Origin: Actinomycetota bacterium
GTDB taxonomy: Bacteria > Actinomycetota > Actinomycetes > S36-B12 > UBA10799
Assembly: GCA_020636995.1 (NCBI GenBank)
Contig: JACJWU010000001.1
Location: forward strand, 136,494 to 200,493
Direction: 5' to 3'
DNA length: 64,000 bases
Below the pieces are notes generated by a model. That model ran no database searches. It was given only the letters and a program-made list of their open reading frames with translations, and was not told the DNA's origin. Both the position numbers and the translations under genes were made by a program. Positions 40,010 through 50,506 of this stretch are shown here, piece after piece; the first letter of the stretch is position 1; the number at the start of each line of letters is the position of its first letter.

Positions 40010-41101
40010 ATGGCGCAGGACAGAGGCAAGAACAACGCCCCGGAGCGCGAGAAGGCGCTCGAGCAGGCACTGGCTCAGATCGACAAGCAGTTCGGCAAAG
40101 GTTCGGTGATGCGTCTCGGTGACGAGGGCCGGGCGCCGATCGAGGTCATCCCGACCGGGTCCATCACGCTGGACCTCGCGCTGGGGATCGGCGGTCTGCC
40201 ACGCGGGCGTGTTGTCGAGATCTACGGCCCGGAGTCCAGCGGCAAGACCACGGTCGCACTGCACGCGATCGCCAATGCCCAGAAGGCCGGCGGCATCGCG
40301 GCGTTCATCGACGCGGAGCACGCACTGGACCCCGAGTACGCGGCCAAACTCGGCGTCGACATCGACGCACTGCTGGTGAGCCAGCCCGATACCGGTGAGC
40401 AGGCGCTGGAGATCGCCGACATGCTGGTTCGCTCGAGTGCCATCGACATCATCGTGATCGACTCGGTCGCCGCGCTGGTTCCGCGCGCCGAGATCGAGGG
40501 CGAGATGGGAGACAGCCACGTCGGTCTGCAGGCCCGGCTCATGAGCCAGGCGTTGCGCAAGATGACCGGAGCGTTGAAGGGGACCGGCACGACGGCCATC
40601 TTCATCAACCAGTTGCGCGAGAAGATCGGCGTGATGTTCGGGTCGCCGGAGACCACGACGGGCGGTCGGGCGTTGAAGTTCTATTCGTCGGTGCGGCTCG
40701 ACGTGCGGCGTATCGAGACACTCAAGGACGGCACCGAGCCGGTCGGCAACCGCACTCGCGTGAAGGTCGTCAAGAACAAGGTGGCCCCGCCCTTCAAGCA
40801 AGCGGAGTTCGACATCCTCTACGGCGTCGGCATCTCGCGTGAGGGAGGCCTGATCGACCTCGGTGTGGAACAGGGCCTGGTCCGCAAGTCCGGTGCGTGG
40901 TATACCTACGAGGGCGACCAATTGGGTCAGGGCAAGGAGAACGCTCGCGCCTTCCTGCGGGACAACCCGGATCTGACCGACGAACTCGAGAAGCGGCTCA
41001 AGGACAAGTTGGGGATCGGCGCCAGACTCGACGCACCCGCCGAAGACGACTTGGTCGATCTGACAGGCTTGGCCCCGGAGCCCGGCCCGCTGGATCTGTG
41101 A
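40010..41101 (+). CDS. recA: recombinase RecA (no intein)
   Basis: 363 aa with Walker [10 protein letters not shown] and continuous collinear RecA sequence. Confidence 0.97.
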   Translation: MAQDRGKNNAPEREKALEQALAQIDKQFGKGSVMRLGDEGRAPIEVIPTGSITLDLALGIGGLPRGRVVEIYGPESSGKTTVALHAIANAQKAGGIAAFIDAEHALDPEYAAKLGVDIDALLVSQPDTGEQALEIADMLVRSSAIDIIVIDSVAALVPRAEIEGEMGDSHVGLQARLMSQALRKMTGALKGTGTTAIFINQLREKIGVMFGSPETTTGGRALKFYSSVRLDVRRIETLKDGTEPVGNRTRVKVVKNKVAPPFKQAEFDILYGVGISREGGLIDLGVEQGLVRKSGAWYTYEGDQLGQGKENARAFLRDNPDLTDELEKRLKDKLGIGARLDAPAEDDLVDLTGLAPEPGPLDL

Positions 41102-41598
41102 GCGCTGAGACATCCGATCCGCGTGAGGTGGGGCGCCTGATCGCCCTACGTCAGTTGGAGACCAGACCCCGCACGGAGCGCGAGTTGCACGAGACGCTGT
41201 GCGGCCGGGGTATTCCGGCGGAGGTCGCCACGGAACTGATCGCCCGGTTCGTGGAGGTCGGGCTGCTGGACGACCGGGCGTACGCGCGGCTATGGGTCGA
41301 GTCGCGGATACGTTCACGCGGGCTGGGTGTCGCCTCGCTGCGCAGGGAACTGCGCTCCCGCAAGGTCCCGGACCCCATCATCGACGAGGTGCTGGCCGAG
41401 GTCGACGCCGGCGAAACGCTGCAGGCTGCCATCGGTCAGGTGCGAGGACGGGTGGCGCGCTGCCAGTTGCCGCTCGAGCCCAAGGACGAGCGTCGGCTGG
41501 TGGACTTCCTGATGCGCCGGGGACACGGGCTCGATGCCGCAAGAGCCGCGATCGCGGCGGCCGTCGACGAGGTGACGGCCGCTGGCGATGGCGGCTGA
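41098..41598 (+). CDS. recX: recombination regulator RecX
   Basis: GTG with a GTGA overlap on recA. It shows helical repeats ([20 protein letters not shown]...) and follows recA. Confidence 0.85.
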   Translation: MSAETSDPREVGRLIALRQLETRPRTERELHETLCGRGIPAEVATELIARFVEVGLLDDRAYARLWVESRIRSRGLGVASLRRELRSRKVPDPIIDEVLAEVDAGETLQAAIGQVRGRVARCQLPLEPKDERRLVDFLMRRGHGLDAARAAIAAAVDEVTAAGDGG

Positions 41599-41624
41599 GC
41601 GGGTCTGCGTACCCTGGAAGAACC

Positions 41625-43046
41625 ATGACCCGCACGTATGAGGTGCGCACCTACGGGTGCCAGATGAACGTCCATGACTCCGAGCGCCTGAGCGGCCTGC
41701 TCGAGGAGGCGGGGTACGCGCGGGCTGAGCCTGATCAGACGCCGGACCTGATCGTGTTCAACACGTGTGCGGTGCGGGAGAACGCCGACAACCGTCTGTA
41801 CGGGAACCTCGGGCACTTGCGTCCCATGAAGGTGGCCAACCCCGACCTGCAGATCGCCGTCGGTGGCTGTCTGGCGCAGAAGGACCGCTCGACGATCGTC
41901 GAACGCGCTCCGTGGGTCGATGTGGTGTTCGGCACCCACAACCTCGGCTCGCTGCCGGATCTGCTGGAGCGTGCGAAGGTCCGTCACGAGGCGCAGGTGG
42001 AGATCGTCGAGCAACTGCAGGCGTTCCCTTCGAATCTGCCCACCCGGCGAGAGTCCGCGTACAGCGGATGGGTCGCCATCTCGGTGGGCTGCAACAACAC
42101 CTGCACGTTCTGCATCGTGCCGTCCCTGCGCGGCAAGGAGGAGGACCGCTCACCTGAGGAGATCCTCGCGGAAGTCAGGGCACTTGCGGCCGACGGCGTG
42201 CTCGAGGTCACGCTGCTGGGTCAGAACGTCAATGCGTATCGGTATGGCGGAACGCACGGTTTCGCCGACCTCTTGCGCGCCTGCGGTGAGGTGCCGGGTC
42301 TGCGCAGGGTGCGTTTCACCAGCCCACACCCGCGTGATTTCACCGACGACGTCATCGACGCGATGGCCGGGACCCACAACGTCATGCCGCAACTGCACAT
42401 GCCCTTGCAGTCCGGCAGCGACGACGTGCTGCGCAGGATGCGGCGCAGCTACCGTGCCCAGCGGTTCTTGGGGATTCTGGACCGGGTCCGGGCGGCCATG
42501 CCCGAGGCCGCGATCACCACCGACATCATCGTCGGATTCCCGGGAGAGACCGAAGCGGACTTCCAGGCCACCCTCGACGTGGTCCGGGCCTCGCGGTTCG
42601 CCGGGGCGTTCACGTTCCAGTACTCGCCGCGACCGGGGACGCCCGCCGCCGAGTACCCCGATCAGGTGCCGCCCGATGTCGTCCAGGAGCGCTACGAACG
42701 GCTCGTGGCCCTCGTCGAGGAGATCTCGTGGGCGCAGAACCGGCAGTTCGTGGGTGCCGAGGTCGAGGTCCTGGTCTCAGTCGGTGAGGGTCGCAAGGAT
42801 GCTGCCACCCACCGCAAGTCCGGTCGGGCGCGCGACGGTCGATTGGTGCATTTCCTCGATGCCGAGGATCTGAGCCGTCCCGGCGATCTGGTGACCGCGC
42901 AGGTCACCTACGCCGCACCACACCACTTGGTGGCGGACAACGGTGTGCTGGCGGTGGATCGCACCGTGGCCGGGGACGTCTACGCGGCGGGGCAGCAGTC
43001 GGCCCCCGGCGTCATGCTGGGTCTGCCCAGCGTCCGTGCCACATAG
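41625..43046 (+). CDS. miaB: tRNA-2-methylthio-N6-dimethylallyladenosine synthase MiaB
   Basis: N-terminus [15 protein letters not shown], radical-SAM CNNTCTFC and a TRAM domain end. Confidence 0.9.
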   Translation: MTRTYEVRTYGCQMNVHDSERLSGLLEEAGYARAEPDQTPDLIVFNTCAVRENADNRLYGNLGHLRPMKVANPDLQIAVGGCLAQKDRSTIVERAPWVDVVFGTHNLGSLPDLLERAKVRHEAQVEIVEQLQAFPSNLPTRRESAYSGWVAISVGCNNTCTFCIVPSLRGKEEDRSPEEILAEVRALAADGVLEVTLLGQNVNAYRYGGTHGFADLLRACGEVPGLRRVRFTSPHPRDFTDDVIDAMAGTHNVMPQLHMPLQSGSDDVLRRMRRSYRAQRFLGILDRVRAAMPEAAITTDIIVGFPGETEADFQATLDVVRASRFAGAFTFQYSPRPGTPAAEYPDQVPPDVVQERYERLVALVEEISWAQNRQFVGAEVEVLVSVGEGRKDAATHRKSGRARDGRLVHFLDAEDLSRPGDLVTAQVTYAAPHHLVADNGVLAVDRTVAGDVYAAGQQSAPGVMLGLPSVRAT

Positions 43047-43638
43047 CCACGAGGTACTGCACCCCGTAGGGATCCGCCTGGGCCAGCAGGACGGAGTCAT
43101 CGACCTGCTCGACCAGGGTGGCCACAGTCGCCCACACCGCCGGACCAGTGGCCCCGACCGCGGCCTGTTCGGCCAGATCGAGGTTGCGCAGAGTCTGCAG
43201 GTCGCCGCGCTCCAGAGCAGCCAGGCACAACTCGTCCAACACGGTCGCGCGTGGATCCACATGAAGTGGTGCCTTGTCCGTGCGGGCGGCGCTGCCGTCG
43301 CCCATGGCGAGCACGGCGTCGAAACGTTGGAGCCGATCCGCGGCCACCTGGGTGCCCAGAACGTGGGCGGGGCGCCCGGCCAGCAGCCATCCGGCGATCG
43401 CCACCGCAAGGGGTACCGGTGGTCCGTCGCCGATGTCGAGCCCGAGGCCGCGCAGCGACCAAGCGGTCAGCGGTTCATCGGTGTCTCCGGGCACGAGCAC
43501 CGCGATCGACTGGGCGTCCGCGCACGCCTGCGAGGCTGCGCGCAGAGCGGCAGAACGCAAGACTGCGAGGTCTTCGGAAGCGCCGGTCGCGATTTCGGGG
43601 ATCAGCAGCGGGGTGGTCGGCAGGAACGCGATCTTCAG
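43012..43638 (-). CDS. conserved hypothetical protein (possibly extradiol-dioxygenase subunit-B-like/Memo-like fold); start codon non-canonical
   Basis: The conserved-looking N-terminus [23 protein letters not shown] lies upstream of the first canonical start (TTG 43560). Only CTG 43638 or ATC 43632 follow the in-frame stop at 43645-43647. The fold guess is from memory of similar actinobacterial annotations. Confidence 0.5.
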   Translation of the reverse strand: MKIAFLPTTPLLIPEIATGASEDLAVLRSAALRAASQACADAQSIAVLVPGDTDEPLTAWSLRGLGLDIGDGPPVPLAVAIAGWLLAGRPAHVLGTQVAADRLQRFDAVLAMGDGSAARTDKAPLHVDPRATVLDELCLAALERGDLQTLRNLDLAEQAAVGATGPAVWATVATLVEQVDDSVLLAQADPYGVQYLVAMWHGRWADPA

Positions 43639-43934
43639 TGGTCGTCAGCCTTTCTCGACACGGCGTCCTTGACCGCGCTGGTCGCCTCCGTTGCCTTCTG
43701 CGTCACGGTCTCGGTGGTGGCCTGCGCGGCGCTGAGGGCCCCGCTGACGGCCTCGTCGATGGTAGCGGCCACGGCTGAGGCGCTGCCGCCGGTCTTCTCG
43801 TCGATCGCGTCGGTGATCTTGTCGACAGTGCCGGCCACAGTGTCGCCGTGACGATCCGCGAGATCGCTGACCGCTGACTTCGCCTGGTCGACGACCTCGT
43901 CGGCCTTCTTCTTCATCTCGTCGAAGCTGCTCAT
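43635..43934 (-). CDS. MT0933-like (antitoxin-family, PF14013-like) small protein
   Basis: 99 aa, helical and Asp/Lys/Ala-rich, with a DKITDAIDEKTGG motif that matches my recollection of the MT0933_antitox family. The minus-strand TAGGCT -10 sits exactly 6 nt before the ATG (leaderless geometry). Confidence 0.55.
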   Translation of the reverse strand: MSSFDEMKKKADEVVDQAKSAVSDLADRHGDTVAGTVDKITDAIDEKTGGSASAVAATIDEAVSGALSAAQATTETVTQKATEATSAVKDAVSRKADDH

Positions 43935-43963
43935 GTGGCAAGCCTAGGGAGGACAATCGGAGA

Positions 43964-44860
43964 GTGTCGAACGCTGCGCTGATCGCCATCGTCGGTCCCA
44001 CCGCTTCGGGCAAGTCCGCTCTGGCACTGCGGATCGCGGCGACCCTCGATGCGGAGATCGTCAACGCGGATGCGTTCTGCCTCTACCGTGGCATGGACAT
44101 CGGCACCGCCAAGCCCACGCTCGCCGACCGGCGGGCCGTCCCTCATCACCTGGTCGACACCCGTGACGTGCAGGACGCGGTGGATGTTGTGGACTACCGG
44201 GCCGAGGCGCGCGCCGCGATCGAGGCGATCCAGAAGCGTGGTCGCACGGCGCTGCTGGTGGGCGGATCGGGCCTGTACGTACAGGCGGTCCTGGACGACT
44301 TGCGCTTCCCACCCACGGATCCGCAGGTGCGGCAACGGCTCGAACAGGAGCTGCTCGAACTCGGGCCGGCAGCGATGCACGAACGTCTTGCGAGGATCGA
44401 TCCGGCAGCCGCCGAGGTGATCCTGGCCAGCAACGGCCGACGGATCGTCCGGGCACTGGAGGTCAACGAGGTCACCGGCGAGTCCTTCACCGCCACCTTG
44501 GGTCCGGCGCCGGAATGGTCGCCGTCGCTGCGCATCGGCTGGGATCCTGGTGCTGAGCACGTGGATCGCGCGATCGCACAACGGGTGTCGATGATGTGGG
44601 AGGCCGGCTTCGTGGCGGAGGTCGTGGGCCTGCGCGAGCGGTTGACCCGCGCACGAACGGCGTCGCGAGCGGTCGGGTACCGGCAGATCCTCGATGCGCT
44701 GGACGCGGGTGAGGACCCGGACACCGCCCGGGAACCCACGGTGACTGCGACCCGCAGGCTCGCGCGCAGGCAGCGAACGTGGTTCCGGCGCGACCAGCGG
44801 GTGCACTGGGCGCAATCCTCGTCGCAGGTCGAGCAGATCCTTGGCACTCTAGAGTCATGA
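43964..44860 (+). CDS. miaA: tRNA dimethylallyltransferase MiaA
   Basis: P-loop IVGPTASGKSALA and VPHHLVD motif, 298 aa. Confidence 0.9.
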   Translation: MSNAALIAIVGPTASGKSALALRIAATLDAEIVNADAFCLYRGMDIGTAKPTLADRRAVPHHLVDTRDVQDAVDVVDYRAEARAAIEAIQKRGRTALLVGGSGLYVQAVLDDLRFPPTDPQVRQRLEQELLELGPAAMHERLARIDPAAAEVILASNGRRIVRALEVNEVTGESFTATLGPAPEWSPSLRIGWDPGAEHVDRAIAQRVSMMWEAGFVAEVVGLRERLTRARTASRAVGYRQILDALDAGEDPDTAREPTVTATRRLARRQRTWFRRDQRVHWAQSSSQVEQILGTLES

Positions 44861-45666
44861 CGTCGCGACGGATCGCCTTCACCAAGGGCCATGGCACCGG
44901 CAACGACTTCGTGCTGCTCAGCGATCCGCGGGACGAACTGGTGGTGACTCCGCACGCCGTGAGGGTGGTGTGCGACCGGCGTTTCGGGGTCGGCGGGGAC
45001 GGTCTGATCAGGGTGGTCCCGGACGGGGACGAGTGGTTCATGGACTACCACAACGCCGATGGCTCGATCGGCGAGATGTGTGGGAACGGGGCCAGGGTCT
45101 TCGCGCTGTTCCTGCGGTCCGAAGGGCTGGTGGCACAGGCGGATTTCGTCATCGGTACGCGCGGAGGCCGTCGTGAGGTGTCGGTGGGCGAGCAGATCTC
45201 GGTCGACATGGGGGTCCCACGGGTGGTCGGCGACGAGGTGGAGGTGACGGTGGCCGGGACGCGGTGGCCGGCGCAGGCCGTGTTCATGCCAAACCCACAC
45301 GCGGTGGTCTTCGTCGATGACCTCGACCTCGAACTGTCCGACGCGCCGCTGGTGCGGTCGGAGGTCTTCCCCGACGGGCAGAACGTGGAGTTCGTGTCGG
45401 TCGTCGAGCCCGGCCGTCATGTGCGGATGCGAGTACATGAGCGCGGTGTGGGCGAGACGCTGAGTTGCGGGACGGGGATCTGTGCGGTGGCTGACCGTGT
45501 CCTGGCGTCCGCAGGAGTGTCCGGCGAGGCGGCGGTGCGGGTCGACGTCCCCGGCGGCAGCCTGACGGTGACCCGTACCGCAGGCGGCTCGCTGGTGCTG
45601 ACCGGCCCCGCTGTCCTGGTGGCTGACGGCACGCTGTCCGAGGACCTGTCCGGGATGTTCCTGTGA
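44857..45666 (+). CDS. dapF: diaminopimelate epimerase
   Basis: ATG with an ATGA overlap on miaA. Contains GHGTGNDFVLL and both catalytic Cys motifs (CGNGARV, SCGTGICA). Confidence 0.9.
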   Translation: MTSRRIAFTKGHGTGNDFVLLSDPRDELVVTPHAVRVVCDRRFGVGGDGLIRVVPDGDEWFMDYHNADGSIGEMCGNGARVFALFLRSEGLVAQADFVIGTRGGRREVSVGEQISVDMGVPRVVGDEVEVTVAGTRWPAQAVFMPNPHAVVFVDDLDLELSDAPLVRSEVFPDGQNVEFVSVVEPGRHVRMRVHERGVGETLSCGTGICAVADRVLASAGVSGEAAVRVDVPGGSLTVTRTAGGSLVLTGPAVLVADGTLSEDLSGMFL

Positions 45667-47015
45667 GCGACTTCCGCATCGAGGAACAACTGGCCGACCG
45701 GGAGGCGTTGCGGCGCGTGCCCGGTCTGTCCACCGAACTCGAGGACATCACCGAGGTCGAGTATCGGCAGGTCCGGCTGGAGCGGGTCGTGCTCGTCGGG
45801 GTGTGGACCCATGGGAGCGTCGAGGACGCGGATCGCTCGCTGGCCGAACTCGCACGCCTGGCCGAGACGGCCGGATCGGTGGTCCTGGAAGGAGTCACGC
45901 AGCGCCGTTCGGTCCCTGATCCGGCGACCTACGTGGGGTCGGGCAAGGCGCGGGAGCTTCGGGACATCGTTGCCGTCACAGGCGCGGACACAGTGATCTG
46001 TGACGGGGAACTGACCCCCGGGCAGCTACGCAAACTGGAGGCCGTCCTCGGCGTCAAGGTCGTGGACCGGACCTGGCTGATCCTCGACATCTTCGCCCAG
46101 CACGCCCGCAGCAAGGAAGGCAAGGCCCAGGTCGAACTGGCGCAACTGGAATACATGCTGCCGAGGTTGCGCGGGTGGGGGGAGGCCCTGAGCCAACAGG
46201 CCGGCGGGATCGGGGTCCGGGGCGGACCCGGTGAGACCAAGATCGAGATCGACCGGCGACGCATTCGCGCACAGATCACCCGGTTGCGACGGCAATTGCG
46301 CGGCCTCGAGCGTGTGCGGCAGAGCAAGGCGGCCCGCCGGCGTCGCTCCGATGAGCCGGCGGTCGTGATCGCCGGGTACACCAATGCGGGGAAGTCCAGT
46401 CTGCTCAATCGGCTCACGGGCGCCGGTCTGCTCGTGGATGACGCCTTGTTCGCCACCCTGGACCCGACGGTGCGCCGCGGACGCACGCCGTCGGGAAGGC
46501 ACTTCACGATCACGGACACGGTGGGCTTCGTACGGCACTTGCCGCATGCGCTGGTCGAGGCCTTCAAGTCCACGCTCGAGGAAGTCGCCGCCGGAGACCT
46601 CCTGCTGATCGTCCTCGATGGCACCGATCCTGATCCGTTCGGGCAACTGCAGGCCGTCCGCGACGCGATGCGGGACAGCGATCCGCACGGCGCGGAGATC
46701 GTGGTGGTCAACAAGGCCGACACGGCCGATCCCGACACGCTGGCACAGATCCGCCGGGAGATCCCCGACTCCCTCGAGGTCTCTGCGCTCACGGGGCAGG
46801 GGATTGCGGACTTGCTGGAGAGGTTGGATCAGCGTCTGCCGGATCCCCGCGCTGCGGTGGACGTCGTGGTGCCGTTCGAACGGGGGGATCTGGTGTCACG
46901 GGTGTACACGGTGGGCACCGATGTCTGCATCGATCACGTGGCGCAGGGAACACACGTCCGGGCGAAAGTGCCCGCGGATCTGGCCGCCGCGCTCACGGCC
47001 ACCGCCGTGGACTGA
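45663..47015 (+). CDS. hflX: GTPase HflX
   Basis: GTG overlap on dapF. It has an HflX N-domain and a G-domain with GYTNAGKSSLLN, DTVGF and NKAD. Confidence 0.9.
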   Translation: MSDFRIEEQLADREALRRVPGLSTELEDITEVEYRQVRLERVVLVGVWTHGSVEDADRSLAELARLAETAGSVVLEGVTQRRSVPDPATYVGSGKARELRDIVAVTGADTVICDGELTPGQLRKLEAVLGVKVVDRTWLILDIFAQHARSKEGKAQVELAQLEYMLPRLRGWGEALSQQAGGIGVRGGPGETKIEIDRRRIRAQITRLRRQLRGLERVRQSKAARRRRSDEPAVVIAGYTNAGKSSLLNRLTGAGLLVDDALFATLDPTVRRGRTPSGRHFTITDTVGFVRHLPHALVEAFKSTLEEVAAGDLLLIVLDGTDPDPFGQLQAVRDAMRDSDPHGAEIVVVNKADTADPDTLAQIRREIPDSLEVSALTGQGIADLLERLDQRLPDPRAAVDVVVPFERGDLVSRVYTVGTDVCIDHVAQGTHVRAKVPADLAAALTATAVD

Positions 47016-47068
47016 CACTGTGCACAGCCCTTGGTCGGCTGGCCGCCGAATGCTGCAAGACTGAGGCA

Positions 47069-48976
47069 ATGACCTCCACCGCCCGGCAACTGCTCGACGC
47101 CGTCGTCTCGGATCTGCAGGGCAGCCGGCGTCCGGGGCAGCAGCAGATGGTCGATCTGGTGCAGGACGCGCTGCGGACCCATTCGACGGTCCTGATCCAG
47201 GCCGGCACCGGGACCGGCAAGTCGGTCGGCTACCTGGTACCTGCGATCATGCATGCCGCAGCCCGGCCACAGGGTGAGGCCAGGGTGGTGATTGCGACCG
47301 CCACCTTGGCCCTGCAGCACCAGTTGGTGGAGCGTGACGCCCCGCGGACTCTGGCGACGGTGACCGATGACCTGCCCAGAAGAGTCGCCTTCGCAACCCT
47401 CAAGGGCCGCAGCAACTACTTGTGTGTTGCCCGCACCAAGGGGGTTGCCGACCCCGATCAGCAGACGTTGGACCGCACCGATGCTGAGCGGCAGGCCCAG
47501 CGGGTCCTGCAGTGGGCCGAGGAGACCGACACCGGAGACCGCGACGAGTTGGAGGATGTCTCGGGGCTGGTCTGGTCGGCCTATTCGGTGACCTCGCAGG
47601 AGTGTGCGCGGGGGTCGGGGTGTGCGTTCGTCGAGCAATGCTGGGCGGAGAAGGCGATCGCGCAGGCACGTGCCGCGGACATCGTGATCACGAACCACAC
47701 GCTCCTGGCGCTCAACGCCGTACAGGAGGCGATCATCGGTGAGCACGACGCGGTGGTGGTGGACGAAGCGCACGCGCTGCCTGCCGCACTGCAACGCGCC
47801 GCCACCGACGAATTGTCCGTCGAGGCCCTCAACCGCGCTGCCCGCCGCACCCGGTCCGCAGGGTGCACCGAAGAGGCAGACCGTCTTCTCGATGCCGGGG
47901 ACGCCTTCGAGTCGGCGTTGGGCGTCTGGGACGCCCCCGAGGGCCGCAGACTGGCGGAGTTGCCGGGCGAAATCCTGCAGGCGTTGTCCACGATCCGCGA
48001 GGCCGCCGCAGTGTCGGTGGCCGCCATCCGGCGTGCCACGGAGGCTGACGCATCCGCAAGGCAACGGGCGCTGGCGGCATGTGAAACGGTCTCCGACGCC
48101 GCAGGGGAGTTGCTGTCCGTGGATGAGACCCGGGTGATGTGGCGGCGCCGGGACCGACTGGTCGTACTGCCCCTGGACGTCTCCGACGTGGTCCGGGAGG
48201 GAATCATCGCCGAACGTGCTGCGGTGTTCACCTCCGCGACTCTGCAACTGGGGGGCACGTTCACAGGAGTGGCACAGAGCTTGGGGCTGCGTGCGGGGGA
48301 GTGGGTCGGCGAGGACGTGGGCAGTCCGTTCGACTACCCGGGGCAGGGGATCCTGTTCGTCCCGGACAGGCTCGCCCCGCCCGGGCCCGATTGGCCCACA
48401 CCGCAGGCCCTTGGGATCGCGGCCGACCTGGTGCGCGCCGCCGGTGGCCGGGCGCTGGTACTGATGGCCTCCTGGAACGGTGTCGCGGCCATGGCGGACG
48501 CTCTCGACGCGGTGGCCCCCGGCGCACTGCTGGTGCAGAAACGGGGCGAGCCGACCGCGCCGTTGATCCGGGCATTCGCCCAGGAGCCGGACAGTGTGCT
48601 GGTGGGAACGCTGGGCCTGTGGCAGGGGGTCGACGTCCCCGGGGATGCCTGCACGCTGGTCATCATCGACAAGTTGCCGTTCCCTCCGCCCACCGATCCG
48701 GTCGTGAGCGCGCGCCAGGCAGCTATCGACGCCAAGGGGGGCTCGGGATGGATGCAGGTCTCGCTGCCGCAGGCCGCCGTGACTCTTGCACAGGGAGCCG
48801 GACGCCTCATCCGCAGCAGTGACGATCGCGGTGTGGTGGCCATCCTTGACAGCCGATTGGCCAACCGTCGGTACGGCGGGTTCCTGCGCCGCAGCCTTCC
48901 CCCGTTCTCATACATGACCGACCCCTCGAAGGTCGCCGAGGCGCTCACGCGGCTCGACGACCGCCTCAACGGCTAG
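47069..48976 (+). CDS. dinG: DinG/Rad3(XPD)-family ATP-dependent DNA helicase
   Basis: Walker [10 protein letters not shown] and a DEAH box (VVDEAHAL). Four Cys (LCV, ECARG, GCAF, QCW) are placed as in an Fe-S domain. 635 aa. Confidence 0.8.
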   Translation: MTSTARQLLDAVVSDLQGSRRPGQQQMVDLVQDALRTHSTVLIQAGTGTGKSVGYLVPAIMHAAARPQGEARVVIATATLALQHQLVERDAPRTLATVTDDLPRRVAFATLKGRSNYLCVARTKGVADPDQQTLDRTDAERQAQRVLQWAEETDTGDRDELEDVSGLVWSAYSVTSQECARGSGCAFVEQCWAEKAIAQARAADIVITNHTLLALNAVQEAIIGEHDAVVVDEAHALPAALQRAATDELSVEALNRAARRTRSAGCTEEADRLLDAGDAFESALGVWDAPEGRRLAELPGEILQALSTIREAAAVSVAAIRRATEADASARQRALAACETVSDAAGELLSVDETRVMWRRRDRLVVLPLDVSDVVREGIIAERAAVFTSATLQLGGTFTGVAQSLGLRAGEWVGEDVGSPFDYPGQGILFVPDRLAPPGPDWPTPQALGIAADLVRAAGGRALVLMASWNGVAAMADALDAVAPGALLVQKRGEPTAPLIRAFAQEPDSVLVGTLGLWQGVDVPGDACTLVIIDKLPFPPPTDPVVSARQAAIDAKGGSGWMQVSLPQAAVTLAQGAGRLIRSSDDRGVVAILDSRLANRRYGGFLRRSLPPFSYMTDPSKVAEALTRLDDRLNG

Positions 48977-49674
48977 ACGCGGCGTAGAACGGCGACCACT
49001 TTGCCCAGGATCTGGGCATGGGAGCCATCGATCGGCTCGAAGGCGTCGTTGTGGGGCAGCAGCCACACCTTGCCGTCCTTGCGCTTGAAGGTCTTGACCG
49101 TGGCCTCGTCGTCGAGCAGCGCTGCGACGATGTCGCCGTTGACGGCATCTGGCTGCCTGCGGACCACGACCCAGTCGCCGTCGCAGATGGCCGCATCGAT
49201 CATCGACTCACCCACGACATTGAGCAGGAACAACTCGCCGTCGCCGACGAGTTCGGCGGGCAACGGGAAGACCGACTCGACGGACTGCTCGGCGAGGATG
49301 GGACCGCCGGCCGCGATCCGGCCCACCAGAGGCACGTATCGCGGCGTGGGCCGGTCATCGCCACTGCCGGTGACGTCGCCGTCGCCTGGCAGCAGGACCT
49401 CGAGCGCTCGGGGCCGGTGCGGGTCGCGGCGCAGGTACCCCTTGCGTTCGAGCGCCTTCAGTTGGTAGTTCACACTCGATGGGCTGGTGAGGCCGACGAC
49501 CTCGCCGATCTCTCGTACCGACGGCGGGTAGCCGCGAGTCTCCACCGCGTGCCTGATCTCCTGCAGGATGCGGCGCTGACGCTCAGTCAGACCATCCTTA
49601 CCGGTCGGGGTCTCCGGCAGTTCCACGACCTCCGAACCGCCGTCTGCCGTCTCCTCACTGCGGGTGCGGGCCAT
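48973..49674 (-). CDS. lexA: SOS repressor LexA
   Basis: ATG 49674 is preceded by GAGGAGG. It has a winged-HTH N-terminus ([12 protein letters not shown]...[10 protein letters not shown]), the cleavage site AAGGP and the S24 peptidase motifs GESM and KTFKR. Confidence 0.93.
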   Translation of the reverse strand: MARTRSEETADGGSEVVELPETPTGKDGLTERQRRILQEIRHAVETRGYPPSVREIGEVVGLTSPSSVNYQLKALERKGYLRRDPHRPRALEVLLPGDGDVTGSGDDRPTPRYVPLVGRIAAGGPILAEQSVESVFPLPAELVGDGELFLLNVVGESMIDAAICDGDWVVVRRQPDAVNGDIVAALLDDEATVKTFKRKDGKVWLLPHNDAFEPIDGSHAQILGKVVAVLRRV

Positions 49675-49749
49675 TGTTGCCTCCTCGATTCCGGTGTGCG
49701 GACGCGCTGTCCGACCTGTCTGCCACAGTAGCCGGATCACGCTCCGAGA

Positions 49750-49765
49750 TCAAACACATGTTCGA
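49750..49765. promoter_or_regulatory. LexA box 1, TCAAACACATGTTCGA
   Basis: 11/12 match to TCGAAC-N4-GTTCGA in the lexA/LysM divergent region. Confidence 0.75.
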
Positions 49766-49801
49766 TGTGGGTGGAAACGTGTCGGACCCATCTGATAGAC
49801 A

Positions 49802-49817
49802 TCGAACATGCGTTCAT
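49802..49817. promoter_or_regulatory. LexA box 2, TCGAACATGCGTTCAT
   Basis: 10/12 match to the consensus (both mismatches in the last two bases of the right half-site), 32 nt upstream of the LysM gene ATG. Confidence 0.8.
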
Positions 49818-49818
49818 A

Positions 49819-49834
49819 AAGAACGTGTGTACGA
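49819..49834. promoter_or_regulatory. LexA box 3 (weaker), AAGAACGTGTGTACGA
   Basis: 9/12 match (GAAC-N4-GT.CGA core retained), abutting box 2. Confidence 0.5.
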
Positions 49835-49848
49835 GAACTGGAGAGGTC

Positions 49849-50307
49849 ATGGCGACTATCAGTGCTTCCCCCCGGGTGAGCCCCCTGCGCTGGATTCCGG
49901 TACCCGTCCGCGACGTCGATCTGGAGGCGCCCCAGGCGCCCCGCGAGGGTGTCCGGTCACGACCGGCGACCTTGCCGGCGACCGCCTCGGTCGCGGTCGA
50001 CTGGCGGATCGTCGGTTGGATCGCGGTGCTGTTCGTGGGCACCTTGATCTTCTCCGGGCTGTTCGGCGGGTCAGCCGCACCGGTCGCCGCGCCGCGACCG
50101 GTGGTGGCGGGGCCCGCCGAGTCTGCGGCATCGCCGGCCTACACGGTCCTGGCGGGCGACACGCTGTGGGGCATTGCGCAGCGCGTTGCCCCCGGGCAGG
50201 ATCCGCGAGAGACGGTGAGTGAGATCCGCACTCTCAACGGTCTGGCCAACGGTCAGGTCCTGGGCGTGGGTGACGTGCTGTTGCTTCCGTCACCTGCCCC
50301 TCGGTGA
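49849..50307 (+). CDS. chiZ: LysM-domain membrane protein, ChiZ-like (SOS-inducible division inhibitor / cell-wall hydrolase homologue)
   Basis: ATG 49849. It has one TM segment (WRIVGWIAVLFVGTLIFSGLF) and a C-terminal LysM domain (YTVLAGDTLWGIAQRV...LNGL...VGDVLLLP). The lexA-divergent, nrdR-upstream position matches M. tuberculosis Rv2719c. Confidence 0.7.
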   Translation: MATISASPRVSPLRWIPVPVRDVDLEAPQAPREGVRSRPATLPATASVAVDWRIVGWIAVLFVGTLIFSGLFGGSAAPVAAPRPVVAGPAESAASPAYTVLAGDTLWGIAQRVAPGQDPRETVSEIRTLNGLANGQVLGVGDVLLLPSPAPR

Positions 50308-50506
50308 TCGCCACTTCGGACCGCGGATGCGACACAGTGCCGAAAGTGCTTGCGCACATCTGGGAAGGCGCATACGGTTGCCACCACATGTAGTAGTTAC
50401 ACCAATGTGATTCATCCACAGGTTGTGGTCAGAGCGGCACAGGTTGTCCCCAGGAAATCCGCCGGATCGTCCACAGTCGCACCGATGAGCAGGGTTTGGA
50501 GACACG

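Noticed and set aside
47017-47026. 10-bp palindrome CTGTGCACAG right after the hflX stop
   Set aside because: It is too short and isolated. It has no second copy and no loop, so it cannot act as a terminator. It is probably chance.
50383-50412. Canonical tandem NrdR boxes upstream of nrdR-nrdJ
   Set aside because: I aligned several 16-mers in the AT-rich stretch to acaCwAtATaTwGtgt and none matched better than about half the positions. I leave it as an open question in the findings and do not call a feature.
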